Assembly (NCBI GenBank): GCA_028698185.1
Contig: JAQVDW010000002.1
Span: 90,001 to 122,000 of the forward strand
Length of the DNA: 32,000 nucleotides
Direction of reading: 5' to 3'
Origin: Erysipelotrichaceae bacterium
GTDB lineage: Bacteria; Bacillota_I; Bacilli_A; Erysipelotrichales; Coprobacillaceae
Positions 19,751 to 28,004 of the stretch are shown piece after piece; within the stretch, counting starts at the first letter, position 1; every line of letters starts with the position of its first letter. A program made the translations under genes and the position numbers. The notes under the pieces were generated by a model. It saw only the letters and a program-made list of their open reading frames with translations. It was not told the origin of the DNA and searched no databases.

Positions 19751-20710
19751 ATGATCAGATACGGAATTCTAAGCACCGCTTCTATTGTCCCGAGGTTTGT
19801 CGCCGGAATCAGGGAGAGCCGGGAAGGCCATGTCCAGGCCATCGCTTCTAGAACTATAGAAAAGGCTCAGGAGTTTGCTGCGCAACTGGAAATCGAAAAT
19901 TATTATGGCAGCTATCAGGAGCTGTTCAAAGACCCCAATGTGGACATTGTCTATGTCCCTACTGTAAACGGCTTCCACTATCGCGACGCCTTGGCCGCCC
20001 TTATGCATGGCAAGCACGTGGTTGTGGAGAAGCCCTTTGCCTTGACGCGGTCCCAGGCTGTGGAACTTTTCGACCTAGCCAAGGAAAAGAAGCTTTTTTT
20101 GATGGAGACCCAGAAATCAGTTTTCCTTCCTGTGACAAGAAAAGTCAAGGAATTGATTGACGAAGGGACTATCGGGGATATAAAGTATGCCGAATTCAAG
20201 GCCGGTTTTCCCGGCCGGTTCAGCTATGACCACTGGATGTACGACCTTTCTCTTGGCGGTGGAGCACTCTATGGCAGCGCCACTTATACGATTGAGTATA
20301 TTCAATACCTGTTTGACCGGCCCCAACTGAAGATTGACGGAACCGGGATAAAATGCCCGACTGGAGCAGATGAGATCTGCAACTTCCAGCTGGTCGTGAA
20401 TGACAGTGCCCTGGTCTCATCGACAATCGCGATGAATGTCCCTTTGAACAACGAAGCGGTATTCTATGGTGAAAAAGGACAGATACGGGTTCCTAATTAC
20501 TGGAAATCATGCCAGCTAGAACTGACTATGTACGATGGAACATCGACACACTTTGATTTTCCTTTTGACAGCGAATTCGTTTATGAGATTGACCATATCA
20601 ACGACTGCCTTAACAAGCATCTGATTCAAAGCGACGTCATGACCGCGGCCAGGACGATCGAGACTATTGAACTGGTAGCCAGCCTGTATAAGAAATGGAA
20701 TGGGATGTGA
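19751..20710 (+). CDS. Gfo/Idh/MocA family NAD(P)-dependent oxidoreductase (dihydrodiol dehydrogenase-like)
   Basis: 319 aa with an N-terminal Rossmann beginning MIRYGILSTASIVPRF and the EKP motif (HVVVEKPFALT). No good SD directly upstream; see findings. Confidence 0.85.
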   Translation: MIRYGILSTASIVPRFVAGIRESREGHVQAIASRTIEKAQEFAAQLEIENYYGSYQELFKDPNVDIVYVPTVNGFHYRDALAALMHGKHVVVEKPFALTRSQAVELFDLAKEKKLFLMETQKSVFLPVTRKVKELIDEGTIGDIKYAEFKAGFPGRFSYDHWMYDLSLGGGALYGSATYTIEYIQYLFDRPQLKIDGTGIKCPTGADEICNFQLVVNDSALVSSTIAMNVPLNNEAVFYGEKGQIRVPNYWKSCQLELTMYDGTSTHFDFPFDSEFVYEIDHINDCLNKHLIQSDVMTAARTIETIELVASLYKKWNGM

Positions 20711-20825
20711 TCCATTGTCTTGGGTTCTATTCAAGCCCCGCAATCAGTGCCTGGCAAGGTCACCTTTTTGCCATATTGCAAACACGACACCACAATCAAT
20801 CGGATCCGTTATTGCAAAAAAACTT

Positions 20826-20858
20826 AAAAGAGTCTGGGAAAATCTCCCAGGCTCTTTT
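20826..20858. terminator. Bidirectional rho-independent terminator between convergent genes
   Basis: AAAAGAGTCTGGGA-(5 nt)-TCCCAGGCTCTTTT is flanked by an A-run upstream and a T-run downstream. It lies 20 nt after the flavin-reductase stop and 115 nt after the oxidoreductase stop. Confidence 0.8.
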
Positions 20859-20878
20859 GTGGTTGTAACACCGATTAA

Positions 20879-21391
20879 CTATTTATCGTCCACCAGGACT
20901 TCAATTATTTCACCGACGTACATGTCGTGAAAATCTTTATTTTGATAGTAGGTGGCAACGACGCTTTCATCTATGAAACCTTCTTCCTTGATCGGGGCGC
21001 GATACATCTTTTTGCAGATAAACACCAGTTTTGCCTCCTTGAAGTAAACTGCCTTGTCATTACCTTCGGGTGTCAGGGCCGTGTTCGCCACTTTGTCCCC
21101 GTCCCTTCCTGAAGCTTTTCCCAGATAACTTAGATCCTTCTTGCAATCTTGCGGGAAAAAAGAAAGGCTGAAATACTGGGAATCATCGACAAATTCCTTG
21201 GTGTATCTTTGTGGCCGGATGTAAATAGTTGCGGTCATTTTGCCCCATAATGCTCCCAGATGCCCCCATGACGCGGTCATTGTATTGAAGCTTCCGTCTT
21301 CTTTTTTTGCCGTGATCAACATCCATTCCTCGTTGATCATCGTCATCGCGTTGAAATTAAGATCCTTTACGTCTATTTTTTGTAATGGCAT
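20879..21391 (-). CDS. Flavin reductase-like (FMN-binding split-barrel) domain protein
   Basis: 170 aa. The pattern EEWMLITAKKEDGSFNTMTASWGHLGALWGKMTATIYIRPQRYT is typical of the flavin reductase-like domain family. RBS AAAGGAGAA. Confidence 0.75.
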   Translation of the reverse strand: MPLQKIDVKDLNFNAMTMINEEWMLITAKKEDGSFNTMTASWGHLGALWGKMTATIYIRPQRYTKEFVDDSQYFSLSFFPQDCKKDLSYLGKASGRDGDKVANTALTPEGNDKAVYFKEAKLVFICKKMYRAPIKEEGFIDESVVATYYQNKDFHDMYVGEIIEVLVDDK

Positions 21392-21437
21392 AGTATTCTC
21401 CTTTTTTTGTTTAAAGTTTTATCCCTGGTGCAATCAT

Positions 21438-22223
21438 TCAGCCGATCGCATTCAGCCAGTTTTCCAGCAGTGTGAACCAAACCGAAAAGGCAACATCAAG
21501 ATGCCTGGAGCTGCTTCTGGTAACCTTGGTGCCCAAAGCCAGCCCATGGACCCCTTTTTTGAATATGTGGGTCTCCACTGGGACCTGGTTGTCGAGCAAT
21601 CTAGCAGCCAGGATAAGGGTATTGTTCACCGGCACAGTCTGATCATCATATGTGCCGAATATAAATGTTTCCGGGAAATTCGAGGTCACATTTTTCTCAA
21701 TGCTGACACAATCACGCAACAGTTCATAGTCGTCCTGGAGCAGATTCTCGAAAGACCTTTTATGGACGTGATCATTGGTCGATATCACTGGATATCCCAA
21801 GATCAGTCCCTTTATTTTCAAGGGTTGCAGGAACAGCCGCTGATAATCACAGGCATAGTTTGCCACTAAGTGGCCTCCCGCGGAAAAGCCACAAAGATAC
21901 ACCTTGCGCTTGTCTATTGAATATGCGTTGGCATTTGCACCAACCCATTCGAACAACGAATCCATTTCCCGCAAGGCAGTGGGATACTTCGCCGGAAAGA
22001 CCGAATAATGCAATACAATCGCATGATAGCCAATGGCGTTGAATTTCAGAGCAATCGGCTCGCCCTCCTTTGAAGATATCTTCTCATATGATCCACCCGG
22101 AGCAATCACGACGACAGGACGACGGGAATAGTCCATGATCTTCGGGTCGGCCGTGACAAAATAACCGATCGCATAAGAAGATAGGGAATTTTCATTGGCC
22201 ACATCTATTTCAATTACTCGCAT
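21438..22223 (-). CDS. Alpha/beta hydrolase (esterase, BD-FAE / acetyl-esterase-like)
   Basis: 261 aa with a GFSAGGH nucleophile elbow (GxSxG), an oxyanion-region APGGSY, and candidate acid/His in YDDQTVP and GVHGL. Its start codon directly abuts the stop of the upstream small gene. Confidence 0.8.
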   Translation of the reverse strand: MRVIEIDVANENSLSSYAIGYFVTADPKIMDYSRRPVVVIAPGGSYEKISSKEGEPIALKFNAIGYHAIVLHYSVFPAKYPTALREMDSLFEWVGANANAYSIDKRKVYLCGFSAGGHLVANYACDYQRLFLQPLKIKGLILGYPVISTNDHVHKRSFENLLQDDYELLRDCVSIEKNVTSNFPETFIFGTYDDQTVPVNNTLILAARLLDNQVPVETHIFKKGVHGLALGTKVTRSSSRHLDVAFSVWFTLLENWLNAIG

Positions 22224-22520
22224 CTATTTCTCCACATCGAGCACCGAACGGTTATTGAAATACGGTTCGAGATAGACAGCGGCGAACACCTCGTAGGCCC
22301 CATCTTCTTCAAAACTCAGCATCTCCTTTTCGTTGTCAAAAGTCGAGACAATCATTATGTCGTGACTTGATTTCCCGTTGGAGATTATCAGATCTGTCGT
22401 AACCACACCATGCGCAACACCCACCAGGGCTTTGAGGTTGTAGCCGATATTGTGGAGCAATTCAGGCATATCAACTTCTTTTCCCGAGGAAAACCGCCAC
22501 ATTTCATATCTTGTAATCAT
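22224..22520 (-). CDS. Small ferredoxin-fold protein, Dabb (stress-responsive alpha/beta barrel)-like
   Basis: 98 aa. The spacing of hydrophobic strands and the C-terminal HDIMIVSTFDNEKEMLSFEEDGAYEVFAAVYLEPYFNNRSVLDVE resemble Dabb/ABM-type domains. RBS GGAGGA lies 7 nt upstream. The family call is tentative. Confidence 0.45.
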   Translation of the reverse strand: MITRYEMWRFSSGKEVDMPELLHNIGYNLKALVGVAHGVVTTDLIISNGKSSHDIMIVSTFDNEKEMLSFEEDGAYEVFAAVYLEPYFNNRSVLDVEK

Positions 22521-22540
22521 CGTTTCATCCTCCGCTTATA

Positions 22541-22591
22541 TAAATAAAACACCTCATTCTATCTGGTTGATTCCAAAATATTCATGAGGTG
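22541..22591 (-). terminator. Possible terminator or attenuator after the hybrid kinase gene
   Basis: Minus strand reads CACCTCAT-(26 nt)-ATGAGGTG followed by TTTTATTTAT. The long loop lowers confidence. Confidence 0.4.
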
Positions 22592-22599
22592 GCGACCAT

Positions 22600-24270
22600 T
22601 TATTGGATCTTGTTGCAAAGAACCTCAAACAGCTTCATATTGTCAATCGGTTTGAACAGATACGCATCCATTCCTGCGGCGTGGGCCGCATCGATATCTT
22701 CGCTGTCGGTGCTAGCCGAAATCCCAATGATTGAAATGTCCTGCGCATTGGGATGGGCGCAGCTTCTAATCTTTTTTGTGGCATCTATGCCGTTTAAATG
22801 GGGCATGTGGATATCCATTATAATTGCCCAATAATGGTCGGGCTGGGACCGGCTGAAAGTCTCAAAACCTTCCTCTCCGGTATTCACCAGAACCGCCCGA
22901 GCCCCGATCGAGTTGATATAGTGCTCGAGAATCTGGCCATTGATCTTGTTGTCTTCGCAGATCATGATAAACTTGTCTTTTAAACATTCCAAGCTGCCAC
23001 CTAGTTTGTCCTGCTGGATCTCGACATCATAATCCGGATAATAATCGGCCTTGAGATCCACAAAGAAGGTCGATCCCTTCTTGATTTCGCTTTTAACCTG
23101 GATATCCCCATCGAACAGGTTGGCCAGATGCTTGGCCAACGCCAGCGAGACTCCTGCCCCGATGTGGGCTTTCTTGTATCCCACCTCTTTGGCAAATGGG
23201 GTAAACACTTCCTTGAGAAACTCGGGTGACATCCCCAGGCCATTGTCGCTGACTTCGTAATGGAATTCAACCTTGTTGTCCCTGATTGAGTTGACAATCG
23301 TCAGTGTCACCCTGCCATTTACCGGAGTGTATCGGATTGCGTTGTCCAGGATGCTCTCCAGGATATCATCGTGATGTCTCAAGTCTAGATCGACCCAGCC
23401 TTGGAGCTGGTTTTTATAGACTACATCGAAAGCTATTCCCTTTCTGTAGGCCTGCTTGTCGATTTTCTCAATCAACCGGAGATACATAGATGCCAGATTC
23501 ACTTTTGTCTTGTTGAGCGAGAATGATTTGGATTCTATTTTCTCGACGTTTTCCAATTTTTCCAGAACTTCCTGGAGCTGGGCTGCCGATTCGGAAATCT
23601 TGTTGACAAATTCATGCTCGAAATTGTTTGAGGCTTTTTTGCGGGAAATATCGCAAAGGCTCTTGATGCACCCCAACGGCGTTCTCAGGCCGTATGCCGC
23701 ATTGATGATATAATCATTCTTGAGCCGATTCGCGTGTCCGATCTGTTCGATCAGAAGATCCTTTTCCTGATCGTTCACGAGCAAATTGAGATCCTTGTTA
23801 ATCAGGCTTCCAAACTTTTGAAGAATCTCCTGGTATTTGTAGGGCAACTTGATCTGCTTTTGTTCCAGCACGCAAATTGAGCCGTACAATGACCCATCCG
23901 GCCAGATCAAGGGACACCCGTAATAATAAATATAGTCATTCTCATCGATTTCCACTTTGTTGAAAAAGCACTCCAGCCCGTTTTTTACATACAGATGTTT
24001 TTTGCGGGCAATCATCATATCCCAGAACAGACCGGTTTCCAAGCATATTGTCGAATCGAGCCGATGATATTCCGACGCATTGTCGTTGCGGGCGGCGATC
24101 TCGATATTGGTGCGATTAACCTTCAATATCATGGCAATAGGAACATCGTATATCGAGCTGACGATTTCCAGTAGTTCCTGCCACTTGTCAAGAGTGTCCT
24201 GGGGCACCTCAGGTTTCGACGCTGCATTTATCAGGTTTGTAAATTCTTCGTTTACATAATCGTCTTCCAT
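22600..24270 (-). CDS. Soluble hybrid sensor histidine kinase / response regulator with degenerate H-box (Tyr in place of the phospho-acceptor His)
   Basis: 556 aa with no TM. Order: N-terminal sensory (GAF-like) region; HisKA-like helix ANRLKNDYIINAAYGLRTPL; HATPase_c N box ILDNAIRYT, G1 VSDNGLGM, F VFTPF, G2 GAGVSLALA; C-terminal receiver (ICEDN, IMDIHMP, GISAS, FKP). RBS AAGGGGA. Confidence 0.85.
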   Translation of the reverse strand: MEDDYVNEEFTNLINAASKPEVPQDTLDKWQELLEIVSSIYDVPIAMILKVNRTNIEIAARNDNASEYHRLDSTICLETGLFWDMMIARKKHLYVKNGLECFFNKVEIDENDYIYYYGCPLIWPDGSLYGSICVLEQKQIKLPYKYQEILQKFGSLINKDLNLLVNDQEKDLLIEQIGHANRLKNDYIINAAYGLRTPLGCIKSLCDISRKKASNNFEHEFVNKISESAAQLQEVLEKLENVEKIESKSFSLNKTKVNLASMYLRLIEKIDKQAYRKGIAFDVVYKNQLQGWVDLDLRHHDDILESILDNAIRYTPVNGRVTLTIVNSIRDNKVEFHYEVSDNGLGMSPEFLKEVFTPFAKEVGYKKAHIGAGVSLALAKHLANLFDGDIQVKSEIKKGSTFFVDLKADYYPDYDVEIQQDKLGGSLECLKDKFIMICEDNKINGQILEHYINSIGARAVLVNTGEEGFETFSRSQPDHYWAIIMDIHMPHLNGIDATKKIRSCAHPNAQDISIIGISASTDSEDIDAAHAAGMDAYLFKPIDNMKLFEVLCNKIQ

Positions 24271-24293
24271 TTCATTTGTCCCCTTTTACTTTT

Positions 24294-24935
24294 CTAGTCA
24301 GTAAACAAAGCTCGGCCGATCCTTATCCGGGTCGCCCCATGCTTCATGGCTTCGCGATAATCATTGGACATCCCCATCGATAGTTCGGTCATTTCCATGT
24401 TGAATTTATCATTAAGCTGGACAAGCAGTTGTTGCGTCGCCTCAAAATAGCTTTCCGCTTCGACTGGATCGATATTGGGAGCCATCATCATCAACCCGCG
24501 GACCTCGATATTGGTGAACTTGTCCAACTGCAGGAAAATGTCATCCATCTCCAAAACGGAAAAACCGTGTTTGGTTTCTTCCTTGGCTATGTTTACCTGG
24601 ATCAAGACAGGCATAATCAGATTATGTTTTTTCGCCTGTTTGTCGACTTCCTGCAACAAACCTAAACTGTCAATCGAGTGGATCAAAGACACCTTGTCAA
24701 TGATGTACTTCACTTTGTTTTTTTGCAGGGTCCCGATGAATTCGAAAGAACCTTTGCCGTGATAATTGTCGTATTTTTCAAGCAGGGCCTGAACCCGATT
24801 TTCTCCGAAATGGGTCACTCCGATTCTTTCGAGTTCCTCAATCTGCTCAACATCGACATATTTTGTCGCCGCCACCAGGACCCGATCGCCCAACTCTTCA
24901 AGCAACTGTTTTACCATGTTCTCATTTACAATCAT
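24294..24935 (-). CDS. yggS: YggS/YlmE family pyridoxal-phosphate homeostasis protein
   Basis: 213 aa from ATG 24935, with AAGGAG 8 nt upstream. The GTG at 24968 in the ORF track has no RBS. Motifs VAATKYV (PLP Lys), HFGENRVQ, FIGTLQKNKVKY, LSMGMSNDY and IRIGRALF are typical of the YggS family. Confidence 0.9.
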   Translation of the reverse strand: MIVNENMVKQLLEELGDRVLVAATKYVDVEQIEELERIGVTHFGENRVQALLEKYDNYHGKGSFEFIGTLQKNKVKYIIDKVSLIHSIDSLGLLQEVDKQAKKHNLIMPVLIQVNIAKEETKHGFSVLEMDDIFLQLDKFTNIEVRGLMMMAPNIDPVEAESYFEATQQLLVQLNDKFNMEMTELSMGMSNDYREAMKHGATRIRIGRALFTD

Positions 24936-25116
24936 TTTAACAACTCCTTTATTATACAAGTATACCACTAATTTATTTGGATTGACGACGGATATTGAAA
25001 AATATTTGCCATATTAGGCATGGATGTCCCGGGAAATACCCAATTTATGGAATATGCATACAAAAAAACCGCAACGAAATACCGGAAAGGTCAAAATTCG
25101 ATGCAGTCTTTGATGC

Positions 25117-25869
25117 TTATTCTGGTTTCATTATATGATAAACCGGTAAACCTAACAATACCGCGCCACCCAAGATATTTCCCAAAGTCGCGATTGAGAA
25201 ATGGATAAGCATTGTTGCGATATCGATTGGCGTGTTCAACGCAAAGCCAAGTGTGAAAGAACCCATGTTTGCGATACTATGCTCGAAACCTGGCAATACA
25301 AAGGCCATTACTACAATCAGCATGATGATGACTTTAGCAGTATCATCCTTGATCTTGTAGCTTGTAAATGAAGCACAGCAAACGGTGAAGTTACATAGTG
25401 TCGCTTTGATCAGCAATTGCACTGGGTCAAAGTCCAGTTTATGTTCGATGTATGGCTGCACATAGCTGACCAACGCTTCGTGATAAGATCCCCCAAATAC
25501 AAACAGGCTGCAGATAAATGCAATCCCGACAAAATTACCAAGGTAGCATACTGCCCACATCTTGAAAACCTGATGCAGCTTGAGATCCCCATGATAAACA
25601 GGAATTACCGACACAAAACAGTTCCCGGTAAAAAGTTCCGCTCCCAGGATGGCAATCAGTACAATCCCGATCCCGAACGATGCAGCCAAAGCCATCTTTG
25701 CCACAACCGGATTCATAGGAGTCAACAAACTAGCAAGAGTGTAGCTCAAATAAGTGGCTAATCCCAAATAAAGCCCTGCCAAAATACTTCTGATGAAAAA
25801 ACGTCGAGTATCGTTTTCGCACATTTCGTATTTTTTCAGAGCCATGTCATTCAACGCTTCAAAATTCAC
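25117..25869 (-). CDS. Formate/nitrite transporter (FNT) family channel
   Basis: 250 aa, 6 TM, with the conserved AELFTGN and GFEHSIANM motifs. GTG start at 25867-25869 lies 7 nt after GGAGG. Confidence 0.88.
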   Translation of the reverse strand: MNFEALNDMALKKYEMCENDTRRFFIRSILAGLYLGLATYLSYTLASLLTPMNPVVAKMALAASFGIGIVLIAILGAELFTGNCFVSVIPVYHGDLKLHQVFKMWAVCYLGNFVGIAFICSLFVFGGSYHEALVSYVQPYIEHKLDFDPVQLLIKATLCNFTVCCASFTSYKIKDDTAKVIIMLIVVMAFVLPGFEHSIANMGSFTLGFALNTPIDIATMLIHFSIATLGNILGGAVLLGLPVYHIMKPE

Positions 25870-25900
25870 AACATTTCCTCCAAAACAATAATTTCACCCT

Positions 25901-25929
25901 ATTATATCGAAACAGCTCAATCAATTCAA
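25901..25929 (-). promoter_or_regulatory. Sigma-A type promoter of the FNT gene
   Basis: Minus strand: TTGAAT (25924-25929), 17-nt spacer, TATAAT (25901-25906). Confidence 0.65.
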
Positions 25930-25971
25930 CCGCAAATTAAAACTTCTTCATTAATTCAATATTTTTTTATC

Positions 25972-26003
25972 AAAAATGCCGCCTGGGTAGTTTTCCAGAC
26001 GGC
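25972..26003 (-). terminator. Rho-independent terminator of dusB
   Basis: Minus strand reads GCCGTCTGG-(8 nt)-CCAGGCGGC (one G-U) followed by ATTTTTG, starting 7 nt after the stop. Confidence 0.75.
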
Positions 26004-26009
26004 TTAATT

Positions 26010-26996
26010 TCAATGATTTTTTGTCGTGCCTAGGTAAACCCGATATTCTTCGAGAATATCTTCCAATTGTGCATATGTCTCGACCTTCGCCAAGGCATTT
26101 TTGACCATTGCGGTGTTTGGCAGTCCCTTGAGATACCAAGGGCCATGGCCGCGCATCTGCGCCATTGCCACGTGCTCCGGCATGATTTCCAGCAGCCTTT
26201 GTGCGTGCTTGAGACATTGGCCGATCCGTTGGTCGACTCCAACGGAATCCTCAACCAGTTGACCGTTGAAGGCGTCGACGACCTGTTTGATCAACCATGG
26301 ATTGCCTAACGCCCCCCTGCCGATCATAACCGCATCGCATCCGGTTTGCGCCTTCATATCCAGCGCATCCTGAACTGTGCGGATGTCTCCGTTGCCAACG
26401 ACAGGTATGCTAACGGCTTGCTTGACTGCCTTGATGATGTCCCAGTCAGCCTTGCCCTCATACATCTGGGTCCGGGTTCTCCCATGGACGGCAATCATCT
26501 TGGCTCCGGCTTTTTCGCAAAGCTGGGCGATTTCGACCGCATTGACATGTTCATTGTCAAAGCCCTTGCGGATTTTTACGGTAACGGGCTTGGACACATT
26601 GTCGACGACCGCCTTGACAATGTCATATGCCAGCTGAGGCGTGGTCATCAACGCACTACCCGCTCCCGTTTTGACCACCTTGCCGACCGGGCAGCCCATA
26701 TTGATATCGATGATGTCGCAGTCCGTTTTTTCATCGAGGTACTTGGCGGCATAGACCATTGTTTCAACCTCGCTTCCAAAAAGCTGCAATGCCATCGGGT
26801 GTTCGTCTTCGTGGACCTCGAGCATCGCAAGGGTCTTCTCGTTTCCGTAGTAGATAGCCTTGTCGCTGATAAGCTCGGATACGACAAGGCCAACGTTGAA
26901 TTCCTTGATGATGGTTCGGAAAGCCACGTTGGTGATCCCAGCCAAAGGAGCCATAATCACATCATTTTCGATTACCACATTGCCTATTTTAAACAT
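26010..26996 (-). CDS. dusB: tRNA-dihydrouridine synthase
   Basis: 328 aa with [34 protein letters not shown] and [11 protein letters not shown], typical of the Dus family. It overlaps the hslO stop by 8 nt. Confidence 0.93.
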   Translation of the reverse strand: MFKIGNVVIENDVIMAPLAGITNVAFRTIIKEFNVGLVVSELISDKAIYYGNEKTLAMLEVHEDEHPMALQLFGSEVETMVYAAKYLDEKTDCDIIDINMGCPVGKVVKTGAGSALMTTPQLAYDIVKAVVDNVSKPVTVKIRKGFDNEHVNAVEIAQLCEKAGAKMIAVHGRTRTQMYEGKADWDIIKAVKQAVSIPVVGNGDIRTVQDALDMKAQTGCDAVMIGRGALGNPWLIKQVVDAFNGQLVEDSVGVDQRIGQCLKHAQRLLEIMPEHVAMAQMRGHGPWYLKGLPNTAMVKNALAKVETYAQLEDILEEYRVYLGTTKNH

Positions 26997-27867
26997 TTTT
27001 GCTTCTACTTAGGGCTTCTTTGAGTTGGTCTTCATCAAATTCGTACTGGGTGTTGCAAAACTGGCAAGTGACCTTGGCTCCATGGTCCGTGGCGATCATG
27101 TCCTCGAGCTCGTTTTGACCAACCGAGATCAGGGCTTCTTCCATTTTTGCGCGGCTGCAGTCGCACTCGAAGGAAACTGGAATCTCATCAAGAATTTCGA
27201 CATCATCAAAGATCATCTTGAGAATCTGTTCCGGGCTTTTGCCCTCATGGATCAGCGACGATACTGCCGGGAAATCTCGCATTTTTTCTTCGATGTATCT
27301 GATGTTTTCTTCGGTTGCTTCCGGCAGCAGCTGGATGATGAATCCGCCAGCGCTTAAAATCTCGTTGGTGTCATTTACCAACACCCCCAGCGACACTACC
27401 GATGGAACCTGTTCGCTGACCATGAAATAGTAGGCGAAATCATCTCCGATTTCACCGGTTTGCAGCGGCACGTTGCCCACAAACGGTTCCTTCAATCCCA
27501 TATCCCTTATTATTTGCAGGTAGCCTTCCTTGCCTACAGCTACTCCGACTGCGAGTTTGCCAGTATCATTATATTGGTAATGGACTTCAGGATTGGCTAC
27601 GAACCCTTTCACCTTGCCATCACTTTTGGTTACCGCCATCATCGTTCCGATCGGTCCCCCGCCGTTGATGTTGACCGTGATCTTGTCTTTGCTTTTATTC
27701 ATCGCTCCCATGATCAACGCCACCGCCATCAGCCGACCTAACGCCGCCGATGCTGTCGGCCACAATCCGTGCTTCACACGGGCCACCTCGGTCAGTCCGG
27801 TTGTCTCAACCGCAAAGACGCGACAGTTATTTTTATTCGATAAACCTCTAACTAATTTGTCTGCCAT
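26989..27867 (-). CDS. hslO: Hsp33 family redox-regulated chaperone
   Basis: 292 aa with a C-terminal zinc centre CDCS...CQFC ([26 protein letters not shown]) and a typical Hsp33 N-terminal domain. Confidence 0.93.
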   Translation of the reverse strand: MADKLVRGLSNKNNCRVFAVETTGLTEVARVKHGLWPTASAALGRLMAVALIMGAMNKSKDKITVNINGGGPIGTMMAVTKSDGKVKGFVANPEVHYQYNDTGKLAVGVAVGKEGYLQIIRDMGLKEPFVGNVPLQTGEIGDDFAYYFMVSEQVPSVVSLGVLVNDTNEILSAGGFIIQLLPEATEENIRYIEEKMRDFPAVSSLIHEGKSPEQILKMIFDDVEILDEIPVSFECDCSRAKMEEALISVGQNELEDMIATDHGAKVTCQFCNTQYEFDEDQLKEALSRSKNV

Positions 27868-27868
27868 A

Positions 27869-27967
27869 TCAATTACCTAGCAACATTCCCATGGTTGTCA
27901 TCAATGTGGATAGGACCATTGTGATCAGTATTACCCAGATCACAACCACTCTTTTTCTTTTGCTCAT
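27869..27967 (-). CDS. Possible 32-aa single-pass membrane mini-protein (unlisted small ORF)
   Basis: The ORF starts at ATG 27965-27967 with GGAAAGG upstream and encodes MSKRKRVVVIWVILITMVLSTLMTTMGMLLGN, which is a basic N-terminus followed by a 20+ residue hydrophobic helix. Its TGA stop (27869-27871) lies 1 nt from the hslO ATG. It is below the ORF-track length cutoff. There is no homology evidence. Confidence 0.3.
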   Translation of the reverse strand: MSKRKRVVVIWVILITMVLSTLMTTMGMLLGN

Positions 27968-27983
27968 ATTCTGCCTTTCCATG

Positions 27984-28004
27984 AAAAAAAGCGTCGAGAC
28001 GCTT
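27984..28004 (-). terminator. Rho-independent terminator of ftsH
   Basis: Minus strand reads AAAGCGT-CTCG-ACGCTTT followed by a T-run. The stem begins within the TAA stop. Confidence 0.7.

Noticed and set aside
20700-20930. 76-aa + strand ORF spanning the oxidoreductase/flavin-reductase intergenic region, and a GGCAA...TTGCC hairpin at about 20753-20772.
   Set aside because: The ORF runs straight through the bidirectional terminator into the antisense of the next gene and has no RBS. The hairpin has only 5 bp and no T-run. It is most likely just a 3' UTR.
25020-25208. 62-aa + strand ORF in the yggS/FNT spacer.
   Set aside because: It has no RBS, its 3' half is antisense to the FNT gene end, and its composition is not protein-like.
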